Part shown: one piece after another, positions 1 through 13,404 of the stretch | Layout of the letters: every line of letters starts with the position of its first letter | Position numbering within the stretch: position 1 is the stretch's first letter | From: Octopus vulgaris | Taxonomy: Eukaryota | Direction of reading: 5' to 3' | NCBI GenBank assembly: GCA_951406725.2 | Contig: OX597822.1 | Location: 75,330,001-75,394,000 of the forward strand | Length of the DNA: 64,000 nucleotides | Notes under the pieces: model-generated | What the model was told of the DNA's origin: nothing | Seen by the model: only the letters and a program-made list of their open reading frames with translations | Database searches by the model: none | Position numbers and translations under genes: made by a program

Positions 1-880
1 TCCTGAAACATACTTTTCAGCATTTGATGTGTTATATTTTGAACTGCATCGCTAATAAGATTTCGGAATACTGCTACATCTTTAATTCTTCTATTTGTGT
101 TAAATCGGGCGAGCGTGCTACTCAAGGTTGTGTTCCTCCGTGACCAGTCCAGTAACGAGGGAAGGCGTCTGTCAAGATATTAACGTACAATATTTGCATA
201 ATGCCATGGCACTCTATCCCATTGAAAAACTACTGTATCAGGAATGCAATCTGTAATTGATGTTCGAAGGATTGTTCAAACATATCACGATAGACGGTTC
301 TAGAGACTGTAGTCTCTGCGAAGATGGAAGGTCCATACCCCTTTGACTTTGTCATACCATGTCAAACATTCACTTCCGGTGTATTTGGTTCTCATTGAAT
401 AAACCTAGCTTCTCGCTTTCTCAATTGATATAATCATAACGATTAAACTTTCCACGCGTGTGGAAATTCGTTTCATCATTGAACAGAATTTTGTTGATTA
501 AATCGGCACCTTCAATTTGATCAATAAGCTCAAAGCACGTCGCTGATCTGCCCAGATAATCCTGTTCTTGTAAGATGTGAAAAACTTTACTGTGATAATA
601 CATTTTGCTCAGATAACTTCGTTGGATTCTAACATGTTAGCTGCCCTACGAGTCGATAATTGCAGACCCTCTTCAAATGCTTCTCCAACCAATTTTCTTG
701 GATATCCAGTTCTGCTGTCCGCTGTATATCTACAGATATCTTCATGAGATACTGCTGGGTAGTTAAATTCGCCTCGCAGTCACATATTACCGGATGCGTT
801 GCTATTACTTGATCCATGTGCAAGGGTTTATTACAATTAGCGTTCTGCTGTGACGAATCGCACGTGATTAAATCTTAGCG
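1..880 (-). pseudogene. Decayed Tc1/mariner-superfamily DDD/E transposase
   Basis: Minus-strand fragments in mixed frames: ILFNDETNFHTRGKFNR (first catalytic Asp, cf. FSDEAHF), VVFQWDRVPWHYANIVR..FPRYWTGHGG (cf. FQQDGAPPH..FPNRWIGRGG), and ARSPDLT (cf. WPARSPDLTP) near 100-120. Multiple stops and frameshifts. Confidence 0.75.
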
Positions 881-931
881 GAAGTTAAGTGTGTGAATGA
901 CCGTCGTAGGCGTTTGTTTATACATGTGTGT

Positions 932-1201
932 CAGTGGCGGATGCAAGAGTGGTGCCCTAGTTGCCCGGACAACACCCTTTCTAGCCGAGTCGACACAAAA
1001 AAACAAAAAACAAAAGAAGAAACAGGACCAAGGTTTATTTCCAGGATTTTCACAGCATTACTCTATCCTATGCATATGGTCAGCTGCCACAAAGAATACA
1101 TAAAAATGCGTCCATTTGTTACAAATTGCGATTCCTACCTTATATAGTATTTTTCGAAACTCTTGGGCAACACCCAAAACAAAATTCTGAATACCCGCCA
1201 C
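932..1201. mobile_element. Possible MITE
   Basis: Imperfect terminal inverted repeats cagtggcggatgc ... tacccgccac. Confidence 0.35.
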
Positions 1202-1279
1202 CCGTGAGTATGCCATTGTGCATATATTTGTGTGTTTTATATATTTCCAGTAGACACATAGACGACAATATCTAAATAC

Positions 1280-1770
1280 CTAAAAGCGAAGTCCCGGCGG
1301 TGGGTTCTATCTTGAAACAAAACACTTTATCTCCAGTTTACCCTGCTGGCAAAAATAAGTGGAACCCGTAATTGAAAGGGTCAGCTTTGTCCCATTTTGT
1401 ATCACGCTGAACCACCCTGAGAACTACATTAACCCATTAAGTCCCATTGTCCTATAAATAGGACACCAAATGAAAACATTAAATAAGCTATATCACATCG
1501 TCTCAGTGTCCTATTTATAGGACATCGAGTATTTCCATTTCTACTTGAAGTAAAGGAGTTTTAATAATTATTTTTTCATTTTAACTTATTTTCAATCATC
1601 TGTAAAAAATTTAAAAGCAATATTCAGAAATTTAAGTACTCTGGGACTTAATGGGTTAAGAGTACGCGTATCTGTAGAGTACTCAGCCACTTGCAAGTTA
1701 ATTTCACGTGTAGACTGTTCCATTGATCGGACCAACAGGAATATTCGTCGTCGTAACCAACGGACTGACA
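1280..1770 (+). mobile_element. SINE family 4 copy interrupted by a piggyBac-like MITE
   Basis: Matches copies at 3045-3210, 11846-12030, 15992-16292, 21943-22102, 25433-25755 and 42400-42562 (consensus tail ggaaccctcgtcgtcgtaaccgacggag). Confidence 0.7.
1433..1655. mobile_element. piggyBac-like MITE
   Basis: TTAA duplicated at 1429-1432 and 1656-1659; perfect 14-bp TIR cccattaagtccca/tgggacttaatggg. The empty site (gaactacgttaagagt) is visible in the SINE copy near 3100. Confidence 0.9.
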
Positions 1771-4368
1771 GTTTGGATAAATTTCTTTGAGATAGTAGTT
1801 TTGCACTGAGTTATGGACACTCCCTTGTCACTTTCATCGAAAGAAATGCTGTACACCTCTGTTCGATTTGCTGGAAGTCTGTAACAAATGATTTGCTATT
1901 CATGTATTATTGTATAAAATATGAATTATTAAAGAAAATGTGTGTGATGTATATATATATGTATGGAGAGGGAGATGGAGAGGAAAAGAGAGATAGAGAG
2001 GGAGAAGAAGAGAGATAGAGATGGAGAGAGAGAGTGATAGTTAATGGGAAAGTGTGAGAGAGTTGGTGAGATAAATTAAGCATACTATTTCAGTTAATAA
2101 GGATGAAATTGAGCTGGAGGAAAAACGGAGAAAAATGTTTTGAGGAAGATATTGAATCTGTCATTTTTCTCTCTTCTGTTTTTCTGTCTTTTCTTGTTTT
2201 TGAGCTGTACTCTTTCCTTCTGAAGACATCAATAATTTCTCATAAGACATGAGATAAGAAGACACACATTACACTAAACATATTATGTGTAAGCCTTTGA
2301 AATAATCCCTTGTTGGATTTAACGCTGGATTTAACAGTTTCTCCTTGTTATCCAATTTACTGTGCTGTTTACTATATATTCCAATATCATATCATCTTTT
2401 TATATATTTATTTTTGCCGAGCGATGCTGCAATTTGAATATTTATTATTAATGTAAACACGAGAATGCAGTGGGAAATACAACTACAAAATGTCCTTGAT
2501 GAAGAGAAAAAAAACGATGAAGTATAAATGAAAATATAATATCGAAAACAAAATCGGATTACTAACAGCAAAAACAATGGTTTTCGATTAACATAACAGT
2601 AATCGTTAGAGAGGTAGAAATGTTGATTATGTCCCCGATTGCACTCCATAGTTATGTTTGTCGAAAGCATAACGCTTAAACGCATATAGTTATTTTTCTC
2701 TGGAACCTCGGATCTCGAAGCACATAAAGCTATAAGTAATAGTTTGTAAATATTGGGCTGAAACACCAGTTTTGGAAAGAAAAAGTAGAAGTCTACCCAT
2801 GAGACCTGAACTGACATCTTCTGTAGACATGAAAGGTGTTCTACCATTCAACCAAAGTACTCTTCGAATTTCCCTATCCATTTTAGAAATGTCTTCGACT
2901 TTTTCGGTCCAGGAGGATGTGGAGGTGTGTGACGCGGTGACTAGGGTGTTCGACTCCAGGTGGGGCGTTGTGTCCTTCAGCAAGATAATCTATTTCTCGC
3001 TTCTCTTATTCATTCAGTCGGCAAAATTGAGATGTACCTGTAACTCAAACGGCCAGCCTTGTTACATTCGTTGTGTTGCGCTGAATCTCCCTGAGAACTA
3101 CGTTAAGAGTGCACGTGTCTGTGGAGTCCTCAGCCACTGGCACGTTAATTTCACAAGAACCCTGTTTAGTCGATCGAATCAACTGGAACACTCGTCGTCG
3201 CAACCGACGAAAAGCCAGGCCAGACCAAAAGGGTTTTTCAGCCCAATATTTACATGATATTATTTATAGCTTTATATGTTTCAAGATTCACCGTTCCGAA
3301 AGAGAATTATTTTAAGTTCTCTCGAAAGTTTATAAAATTCTTATGACGTGCATAATTATACTAAAACTTCCGATTATGTCCCAGATTTCGTTCCATAGTT
3401 AAGCTAGTTGAAATCATAAGAATGTGTGTAGTCATGTTAAGCAGTATACGGTTTCAAGCCTCACCGAGGTCGAGTGTATCTTTTTCTTTTTCGGGACCAG
3501 TAAATTAAGCAACAATAATTTCCAGAATTAATTCAATCGACTGTTTTTTACCTAAAATTTATCTTGTGTCAATAGGTAGTGGGTAGAGATTTTCTTCACT
3601 ACTTCAGGGAGTGACGACCCTGCCTGACACGAGTCCTGGGATCAGCTGACTCCGGCTAACAGTACCCGGTATGGGCCCCTATCCAGGGTTACGGAAAGGA
3701 GACAATCTTCAAAGAAATCCGGATTGGAGCCCCGTAGGCGGTTTAGTGTTCGACTCGACACTCTTCCGGTAGCTCCTGCAACCAAGCTAGTGCCAAACGT
3801 AATGTTCTGCACTCCTTTGGACTACATTAGCAAGGTTGAGAGAGGAATTCTGACGATTGGGCTACCCAGGATTTTCTTACATCTAGCCCAGGCCTGCGCA
3901 AGACTGGAGAGGAAACTGGAGAGGACATGAAGTGTAAAGACCAGACTGGATTAGTTTATGCGCAACTCCATTGTCTCCTGAGACAAAATGATGCCAACAA
4001 CAATATCTTGTGTCAAAGTTAGAAGTAACACAAATCCATGGTGTTTTTCGACAGCTTTAGCTCATTAATCTAACAACGAAGCCTGATCGAGAATTTATTT
4101 AATCGACCTTTTAAAGAGGAAATGTAAAAATGATTTCTAAACGATTTGAATTTAATTTCTAATTATTGTTAACGATTCTGCCACTAAACCCATTTTAAGA
4201 AAATATAGAATATTATTAAACGTAGTGGGACCCGTGTAAATACTTCTCTTTTATAAGTATTCATATTTGGCTGCATAAATTTATTGATCAGTGAGGCTCA
4301 AACTGCGGCCCATGAGACTTTCTGAATGATACGTCTAAGTGCTTGCTGCAATAAATTAAAATAATATT

Positions 4369-4726
4369 AACAAGAGCACTCAGAGAGCGCGAACCTCCGT
4401 CAAAGCAACACCAACGTCCCCTCAACGATTAGCCGGAGAAGAAATAGACTCGACTGCTCTCACAAACGAGAATACTGAAAATGAACTCGATCGCCCTCAA
4501 ACATTAAGTGAAAAAAACCCAACAAAAACGAAAATATAATCCAGAATCCTTGTCCGGTACTGGATCGACCCCAGAATCTAATCAGTTTGTGCCAGTCGCG
4601 AGGCCAAATATCTCTGAAAATTTCATTCGAATCCATTCAGCAGTTCTTGAGATATCTTGTCCACGGACAAACAAACAAACGCGACTGAAAACAATAAATG
4701 CGGCGTCGCTTAGGCGGAGGTAATAA
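4369..4726 (-). mobile_element. Helentron-associated (HINE/DINE-1-like) non-autonomous element, copy 1
   Basis: Ends aacaagagcac... and ...ggcggaggtaataa; asymmetric sub-terminal inverted repeat acctccg / cggaggt; short (aaac)n tract. Confidence 0.6.
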
Positions 4727-4727
4727 C

Positions 4728-5056
4728 AACAAGAGCACCGAGACAGCACAAACTTCCGCCAAGGCAAAGCCAACGTCCTCTCAACGATTAGCCAGAGATG
4801 ATTTTTAAAATGAGAATATCTGAAATAAACGCGACTGCTCTCACAAACGAGAATACAAAAAATGAACCCGACTCCTCTCAAAAATTAAGTAAAAAAACAA
4901 AGCGGAATCAATTCGTGCCAGTCACGAGGCCAAACATCCCTGAAAGTTTCATTCGAATCCATCCAGCGGTTCTTGAGATATCTTGTCCACGGACAAACAA
5001 ACAAACAAACACGACTGAAAAACAATATCGCCGCCTTCGCTTAGGCGGAGGTAATA
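4728..5056 (-). mobile_element. HINE/DINE-1-like element, tandem copy 2
   Basis: Head-to-tail diverged duplicate of 4369-4726 with the same termini. Confidence 0.6.
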
Positions 5057-5063
5057 ATTCTCT

Positions 5064-5209
5064 AGGCGCAGGAGTGGTTGTGTGGTAAGTAGTTTGCTTA
5101 CCAACCACAAGGTTCCGGGTTGAGTCCCACTGCGTGGCACCTTGGGCAAGTGTCTTCTACTAAAGCCTTGTGAGTGAATTTGGTAGACGGAAACTGAAAG
5201 AAGCCCGTC

Positions 5210-5261
<52 letters not shown>

Positions 5262-5520
5262 ATGTGTGTGTGTGTGTGTGTGTATGTGTGTGTGTGTGTG
5301 TTTGTGTATCTGTTTGTCCCCCCCACAAATCGCTTGACAACCGATGTCGGTGTGTTTACGCCCCCGTAACTTAGCGGTTCGGCAAAAAAAAAAACCGATA
5401 GAATAAGTACTAGGCTTTCAAAGAATAAATCCAGGGGTCTATTTCTTCAACTAAATGTGTTGCTACAGCAAGGCCGCAGTCAGATGACTGAAACAAATAA
5501 AAGAATAAAAGAAAAAAGAA
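5064..5520 (+). mobile_element. SINE family 1 (tRNA-like head, CORE/V-like segment, internal (TA)n(TG)n, gtaaaaga/ataaaaga tail)
   Basis: Head ggcgcaggagtggttgtgtggtaag with degenerate B-box; ggcaccttgggcaagtg core; more than 12 copies in the window. Confidence 0.85.
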
Positions 5521-5889
5521 TAATATCGATTTTTTTTTTTTTTTTAATTTCACACTATATTTCTGTTCAATTTGCTAAACGCTAACTTTACTATCGTTTA
5601 TTAGGTAGGAGACATCTCATAGTTATTTACTCGCCGAATACTTCTATTTCACTACATCCATAGGATCAACAAACTGCGGCCCGCAGACCAAATCTGGCTC
5701 GTCAATTTATTAAATACCTAACCCTGCCTACATATATAGCAATGCTATTCTCCAGAAATGATATTTCTCTGCTATTTTCAGCCAGTCTAACGATCGTCAA
5801 GATACTCTGCAAAGCTCTCGTTTTCAGCAGCTAAGGTTTGCGCCAGCTCATATTACGAGCTAATAACTGAAATTTTAAAATTCATTTAT

Positions 5890-6152
5890 GCGCCCTTTTC
5901 AAGCCTAGCCAGGCTTTCTATGGCGTATGTGTTCCCCCAGCTGAACGGGACGCCAGTCCATCGCAGCGTTACTTAAGAAACATGAAGAAAGAGTGAGAGA
6001 AAGTTGGGGCAAAAGAGTACAACAGAGGTCGCCACCCCACTGCTGGAGCCTCGTGAAGCTTTAGGTGTTTTCGCTCAATAAACACACACAACGCCTGGTC
6101 TGGGAATCGAAACCGCGATCCTCCGCTCTAATCACTGGGCCATTGCGCCTCC
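5890..6152 (-). mobile_element. SINE family 3-related copy
   Basis: Reverse strand reads ggaggcgcaatggcccagtgattag...ggtttcgattccc; similar to 38460-38760. Confidence 0.7.
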
Positions 6153-6764
6153 AATGACTGAAATTACACCATGTATTTGTGTAGATTTCCATCAGTTTCG
6201 AAAGAATAGCGTCTGGTTTTTATTTTTTTTAATGTTATATTATTTTATTTTTGTCACTCTTTGGTTAGCGAACATTAAAAATTCAATTTCGAAAATAGAA
6301 AAAAAAAACCTATTAATTTTTGTAGCGATTTCTAATGAGTTAATGTTTTATATTAAAAAAGGAAAAAAGAAAGTCACTGAAATTACTCGGTAAAAAAAAA
6401 AAATAATGGTTGTTTCCCCAGGTGTGATATTCCAAGAAGTAAATGTTTTCACCTTTGTAAGTGAATGGGGTGACAGAGACTAACAGTGTCTCATACGTTG
6501 TCGTAATATAGATTACATAAATAATCGAAAAGCAGTAGTGACAAAAAAATGTTTACTTGTCTGTTAACGAAAGCAATTAAACTGGCTGCTGCCGCTGCTG
6601 CTGCTGCTGTTGCATTTGTCCGGAAGTTACAATCGTACTGATTCAGTTTCACTCAGAGAAAAAAAAAAAAAATCATCCATGAAAAATAGCGATTTTTTTT
6701 TACATCATTAAATATATAATGATTTTTTAATAACAGCAAGTGATGTTTCGAAAATTAAAGAAAC

Positions 6765-7160
6765 AAGCATGGCAGTGTGGTTACGAAGCTAGTTTTTACA
6801 ACAATGTGGTTCGGGTTCGCTACCATTGTGCAGCACTTTGGGCAAGTGTCTTTTACTATAGCATCGGGCTGACCAAATCCTCGTGTATGGATTTTGTCGA
6901 CGGAAACTGTATGGAAGTCAGTCATATATGTACGTGTTTCTTTGTCTGTGTTCGTCCCGCTTCCACCGTTTGACGATCCGTGTTGTCCTTTTTACGTCCC
7001 TGTAACTTAGCGTTTCGGTTTGAAAGAACGATAGAATAAATACCAAACTTATAAGTAATAAGTGAGGTCGATTTGTTCGACTAAGCCCTTCGAAGCGGTG
7101 CCACAGCTTGGCCGCAATCGAATGGCTGCAATACGTAGAAGGCAAAAGATCAAAAGAAAA
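6765..7160 (+). mobile_element. Diverged SINE family 1 copy
   Basis: Same head, core and tail motifs, diverged. Confidence 0.7.
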
Positions 7161-7353
7161 CTAGCCCTTTCTATAACTTTGTATGACCAGGGTTTCATTT
7201 TTTGAAAAACTTTGTCCACAACACATAGAAAACATTTCCAAATGTCCCCTCTTCCAAAATATTTGTCTGCCCTTCTTCTATACCATTCAATCTGTACATT
7301 TATTGCAGACAACATGGAGTTACTATCCGTGCTTGTCAAAAAAGGACTAAAAA

Positions 7354-7758
7354 AGCTGTGTGGTAAGTAGCTTGCTTACCAACCACATGGTTCTGGGTTC
7401 TGTCCCACTGCGTGGCACCTTGGGCAAGTGTCTTCAACGATAGCTTCGGGCTGACCAAAGCCTTGTGAGTGGATTTGGTAGACGGAAACTGAAAGAAGCC
7501 TGTCGTATATACGTATATATATATGTATGTGTGTGTGTGTGTGTGTTTGTGTGTCTGTGTTTGTCCCCCAACATCGCTTGTCAACAGATGCTGGTGTGTT
7601 TACGTCCCCGTAACTTAGCGGTTCGGCAAAAGCGACCGATAGAATAAGTACTAGGCTCACAAAGAATAAGTCCTGAGGTCGATTTGCTCGATCAAAGGCG
7701 GTGCTTCAGCAAGGCCGCAATCAAATGACTGAAACAAGTAAGTAAAAGAGTAAAGAGT
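7354..7758 (+). mobile_element. SINE family 1 copy
   Basis: Near-consensus copy with gtaaaaga tail repeats. Confidence 0.85.
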
Positions 7759-8143
7759 ATTAGTTATTGCCTAATATTGTTTCTTTTATTTCTGCCGAGG
7801 TTGACTTTACCTTTCATCCTTTCGAGGTCGATAAATCAAGTCCCAGTTGCGTACTGGAGTCGATATAATTGACTGGCCCCCTTCCACAAAATTTTGAGCC
7901 TTGTGCCTTGGGGCGAAAAGAATATTGTTTGTTTTTTCTTCCCATCACACTTATCTTCATTTAGCTTTTTAATGTGTCCTGTGTTAAATATGTTATCCCT
8001 AACTTCACTAGGCTAAAGCGCGATTAAACAGGAACGATAGGATTGGGATCTTCATATACGTCCGAGAGGACACTTGGACAGTTTAGTTCTAGATATACAA
8101 GAATGCGCAATGAAATGGCTGAAACATTAAGTCCCAGATAATA

Positions 8144-8262
8144 TAGTTCTATATTTAAGAGATGAGGACTTATTTATATTATTTATATTTGACGTATATT
8201 TGTTCTCATCTTGTTTGTTTTTAACACAACGTTTCGACTGATATACCCTCCAGCCTTCATCA
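8144..8262 (-). mobile_element. Penelope-like pseudo-LTR end fragment with hammerhead-like motif
   Basis: Minus strand TGATGAA-GGCTG-gagggtatat-CAGTC-GAAAC resembles the minimal type I hammerhead core found in Penelope-like elements. Confidence 0.5.
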
Positions 8263-8798
8263 TTACTACGAAACACTATCTCTAGTGGATATGCGTGATA
8301 GTTTAATCTGCGGGAGATAGCAAACTAAATCTCCTTCGCATCATACACTACATCATTTAAAAATCTATGATGTAAATCTAAATACACAGATGTTCATATG
8401 AGAGAAAGTACAGATGGTCATATGTGTAATCTGTTGAGAATGAGTTGGAGGTTAAACAACATCATCTTCGAAAACTACGACAAAATGAATTCCCGTACGA
8501 AGATGTCTTTAACACGTGGCTCTATCTCTTTAACATTGCTAACATTAAATCTGATGTTCGCAGATGGAAAATAATGAAATAATTTTTTAGTTAATTCCAC
8601 AAAGTGTATCTTACTCTATCCTCGCTAGTTTATACACAAGAAACAAAACCTGGAATATCTATTGTGATTCTTAAATAACATGCAAACGTTATCTTTCTTT
8701 GAACATCATGCTTTTGCATAACTCAACAGTTTAGATTCGCCATAGTGTCGGCTCAAGCATTTTATGAACAACAAAGGAAGATATTTGTCCATCGTATA

Positions 8799-8870
<72 letters not shown>

Positions 8871-8980
8871 GATATATGTATATATGTGTGTGTGTGTGTG
8901 TGTGCGTATGGATATATGTATATTTCTATATCTGTGCTCATGTGTGCGCGTGCGTGTGTATATAACTATATATAACTATA

Positions 8981-9710
<730 letters not shown>

Positions 9711-10094
9711 GTCAGTTACGGGAGACAACTCTGTATATGTTTCTGAACTGGGTTTTCTCTAACGTCGCTTTGTGGTTAGATTAGGGTTAATGCTTGAGAA
9801 TTGTTTATTTATTAGCGAAATATATTTCAATAACGACCTTCAGAAAGAAGGTTTTTGAAAAAAAAAAAGAAAAAAGAAAAAGAATAAACAAAGAAAAAAC
9901 CTCAAAAATCTCTAAATTTCTATCTTTCAATCGTTGTTGACTAACGTTTTAGTTTTATATAAACCGGGAGGAAAAATTACAAATGGATAAATAAAATAGA
10001 AAAAACATAGTATAAGAGCTGTAATTCAAACCTATTTTCTCAACTATAGTACCACGTTTGACAACGTCAGCAATCAATCAAGTTTGGTAGTTGC

Positions 10095-10970
10095 GGTGGT
10101 GGTGGTGGTGGTGGTGGTGGTGGTGGTGGTGGTGGAAGAGATGGTGTGGTGGTGGTAGTGGAGATGGTGGTGGTGGTGGTAGCGGTTGAAATAATGATGG
10201 CGATTATGATGATGGTGGAGGTGGTAGAGATGGTGGTGATGGTAGTGGTGGTGGTGATGGTGGTGATGGTGGTGGTGGTGGTGATGGTGGTGGAGATAGT
10301 GGTGATGGTGATGGTGGTAGCGGTTGAATGATGATGATGGTGATTATGATGGTTGTAGTGGTAGTGGTGGTGGTGGTGGTAGTGGAGATAGTGGTGATGG
10401 TGACGGTAGCGGTTGGAATGATGATGGCGATTATGATGATGGTGGTGATGGTGGTAGCTGTTGGAATGATGATGATGGTGTTTATGATGGTTGTAGTGGT
10501 AGTGGTGGTAGAGGTGGTGGTAGTGATGATAGTTGTTGGAATGATGATGGTGGTGGTGGTGGTGGTGGTTATGATGGTGATGGTGGGGACAGTAATGGTG
10601 GTGACGATGTTTACGATGATTGTAGTGATGATGAGAACGGTGGTGATGATAAGGACGACGATAATTATGATGATGATGATGATAATGGTGTTGATGATGA
10701 TGATGGTGATGATGATGATGATGATGATGACGATGATGATGGTGATGATGATGATGATGATGATAATGGTGTTGATGATGATGATGATGATGATGATGAA
10801 GATGATGATGATCATGATGATGATCATGATGATGACGACGACGATGATGTTGATGGTGATGATGAAAATGATGATGATGATGATGTTGATGCTGACGATG
10901 ATGATGCTGATGATGATAATAATGATGATGATGATAATGATGATGACGACGACGATGACGATGATGGCGG

Positions 10971-11001
<31 letters not shown>

Positions 11002-11010
11002 GATGATGTT
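10095..11010. repeat. Complex (GGT)n/(GAT)n trinucleotide repeat
   Basis: Directly visible; produces spurious poly-D, poly-M/V and poly-I ORFs. Confidence 0.95.
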
Positions 11011-11845
11011 TTTCTCATACACTGGGGCGTATTTATTTATTTACTCTCTATGCATACACAGAGAGCAAACAGTGCTTTCTTTATATGAATATTTATTACT
11101 AATAAATAAAGCCGGGTTTATCTGAACGAGAAAGAAAGACTCGAAGCAGGCAGAGAGAGAAAGAGAGAGAGAGAAAGGGAGGAGGAGGGGGGTCTGTGGA
11201 AGAAACTGAATGAGTGAAAGATAATTTGTTTTGTTCGAAAGTGAAAATATTTTATATTCATTACAAGTGAAACAAGAATTTGCGCAGTCTTTGTTGCTTG
11301 TGGAGTTGTGTGGTGTTTGTTGCGGCGCGTGCTTGTTGTGGTGTGGTTGTAGTATAACGGTATGATGTACTTTCGCGTAGTGTTGTGCTGTGTGGTGTGA
11401 TGCGTTGTGGCGTAGTGTGTAGTGTGTTGTTATGGAATTTGGGTTGGTGTTTTTCTTTTTTCTCTCCTTTCATTTCTAAGATTAGACTTCTTTAGAAACT
11501 ATGGAATGAACTGCTGTGAACCAACAAGGAATAAATAAAACAGCAATGACGTCATTACACTTGCGTTCTTGGAAGAAAAAAATGTATGGGAATCTATATT
11601 GAATAAGGGATAATGTTTGTTTGATGGAAGCTGATATCTCTCAGAACTTATCGTATTATATGATGTTTGATATTTTATTGGTCGGTATAGTTGTTGCCTG
11701 CTTTTAAATTTTTATTTATTTATTGATTGATTTTTTTTCCAGAAATGTTCATGAACCGGAAGCATTGAAAGATAGATTTATTAGTCACCGATTAAAAGAA
11801 TGAAAAAAAAAAAACTACAAAGACCAGTTATTCCAATATCGTGAC

Positions 11846-12030
11846 ACTCCGTCGGTTACGACGACGAGGGTTCCTGTTGATTCGATCAACGGAACAGCCT
11901 GCTCGTGAAATTAACGTGCAAGTGGCTGAGCACTCCACAGACACGTGTGCCATTTACGTAGTTCTCGGGGGAGATTCAGTGTACTACAGAGTGCGACAAG
12001 GCTGGTCCCTTTGAAACACAGGTACAACAG
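11846..12030 (-). mobile_element. SINE family 4 3' portion
   Basis: actccgtcggttacgacgacgagggtt...; a second copy lies at about 12185-12345. Confidence 0.75.
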
Positions 12031-12046
12031 AAACATGAGAGAAAGT

Positions 12047-12096
<50 letters not shown>

Positions 12097-12479
12097 TATA
12101 TAATGGTAAGACAAAAAAAGAATGAAAGGGACCTCGATATTATGTAAACGGAGGGAGTTATCTGTAATATATGTGGCAAGTATTCGGTTGCCAGTTGATC
12201 CAATCAGCGGAACAGTCTTTTCGTGAAATCAACGTGCATGTGGCTGAGCATTCCACAGACATGTGTACCCTTAACGTAGATCTCGGCCGGAGATTCAGTG
12301 TGACACAGTGTGTGACAAGGCTGGCCACTTTGAGATACATGTACAAAGGGGAAAGAAAGAAAGAGTGAGAGAAAGTTGTGCTGTGGAGAACAAGAGAAAT
12401 TTTCTCAGAAGCAAGTTGAATCTATGCCAGGTTTCAATTCCTGAGTTTAACTCCTTTCACTACTTGTTTGGAATTATAT

Positions 12480-12682
12480 TTGGTTTTAAATCTTGGCACA
12501 AAAGCAGCGACTTCAGGAAGTCGATTATATCGACCCCCAATGCTTAACTGCTACTTATTTTATCGACTCCGAAAGAAAGAAAAGTCGACCATAGCTGAAT
12601 TCGAACTCAGAGCGAAAAGACGGACGAAATACAGTTAAGCGTTTTGTCCGGTGTGCTCACGATTTTGCCAGCTCGCCGCCTT
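12480..12682 (-). mobile_element. SINE family 2 copy
   Basis: Reverse strand head aggcggcgagctggc; diverged family 2 core. Confidence 0.75.
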
Positions 12683-13238
12683 CTCTTTAGTTATATTGCA
12701 AATTCTATTTAAAAACATTAGGATAGAAATTAGGTCTTTGTATTCTTGACATGAGCATTTTTGTTTCCAATTAATTTTTATATTTAAATTCTCTTTTCCC
12801 TTTCTTTGTAGATTAAATTCATAGTAATTAAATTCATATTTTGATTAGGGTTTAGATCAGACTCATATCAGACACTGTAAACTAGATGAATTCAGAAGGG
12901 AGCGTCAGCAACAGAAGCGACAAGAAATATTCGTTCGGTTTATGGAAATGACGCTTGAAGCGGCGTTCGGACGGAATACCAATGATCGTTTGGACAGTTT
13001 CTCTCGGGGCCGACCAAAACCTTGTTAGTGAATTTGATAGACGTAAACAGAAAGAAGCCCGTCGTATAACACGCACCCACATACACACGCACACACATAC
13101 ACACGCACACACATACACACGCACACATACTCACACATATACACACCTACAAGCAAAGATATACTTAAAATGATTTCCCATGAAGTTTCCGTCTGCCAAA
13201 CTCCACTTACAAGTCATTGATTAACCCAAGACTGTAAA

Positions 13239-13404
13239 CACTAGCGTAGCTAGAGTATGGACCACCCGTGGCGGCCCTTCCGTTTTCCGCTCCCGGATCC
13301 CACAAAAAACACATATTGCCTACAGTAGACTCAACAGTAGTGTCACTTTAAAAGTGCCGCCCGGGGCAGACCGCCCCTACGGCCCCGCCCCAGCTACGCT
13401 AGTG
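13239..13404. mobile_element. hAT-like MITE inserted in a SINE family 1 remnant
   Basis: Perfect 13-bp TIR cactagcgtagct/agctacgctagtg; flanks actgtaaa / actgtgac are a 6-of-8 match, consistent with a decayed 8-bp TSD. Confidence 0.7.

Noticed and set aside
10204-11125. 250-270 aa poly-Asp/Gly, poly-Met/Val and poly-Ile ORFs (superficially like acidic biomineralisation proteins)
   Set aside because: Open in several frames on both strands because the trinucleotide repeat lacks stops; no signal peptide or unique flanking coding sequence.
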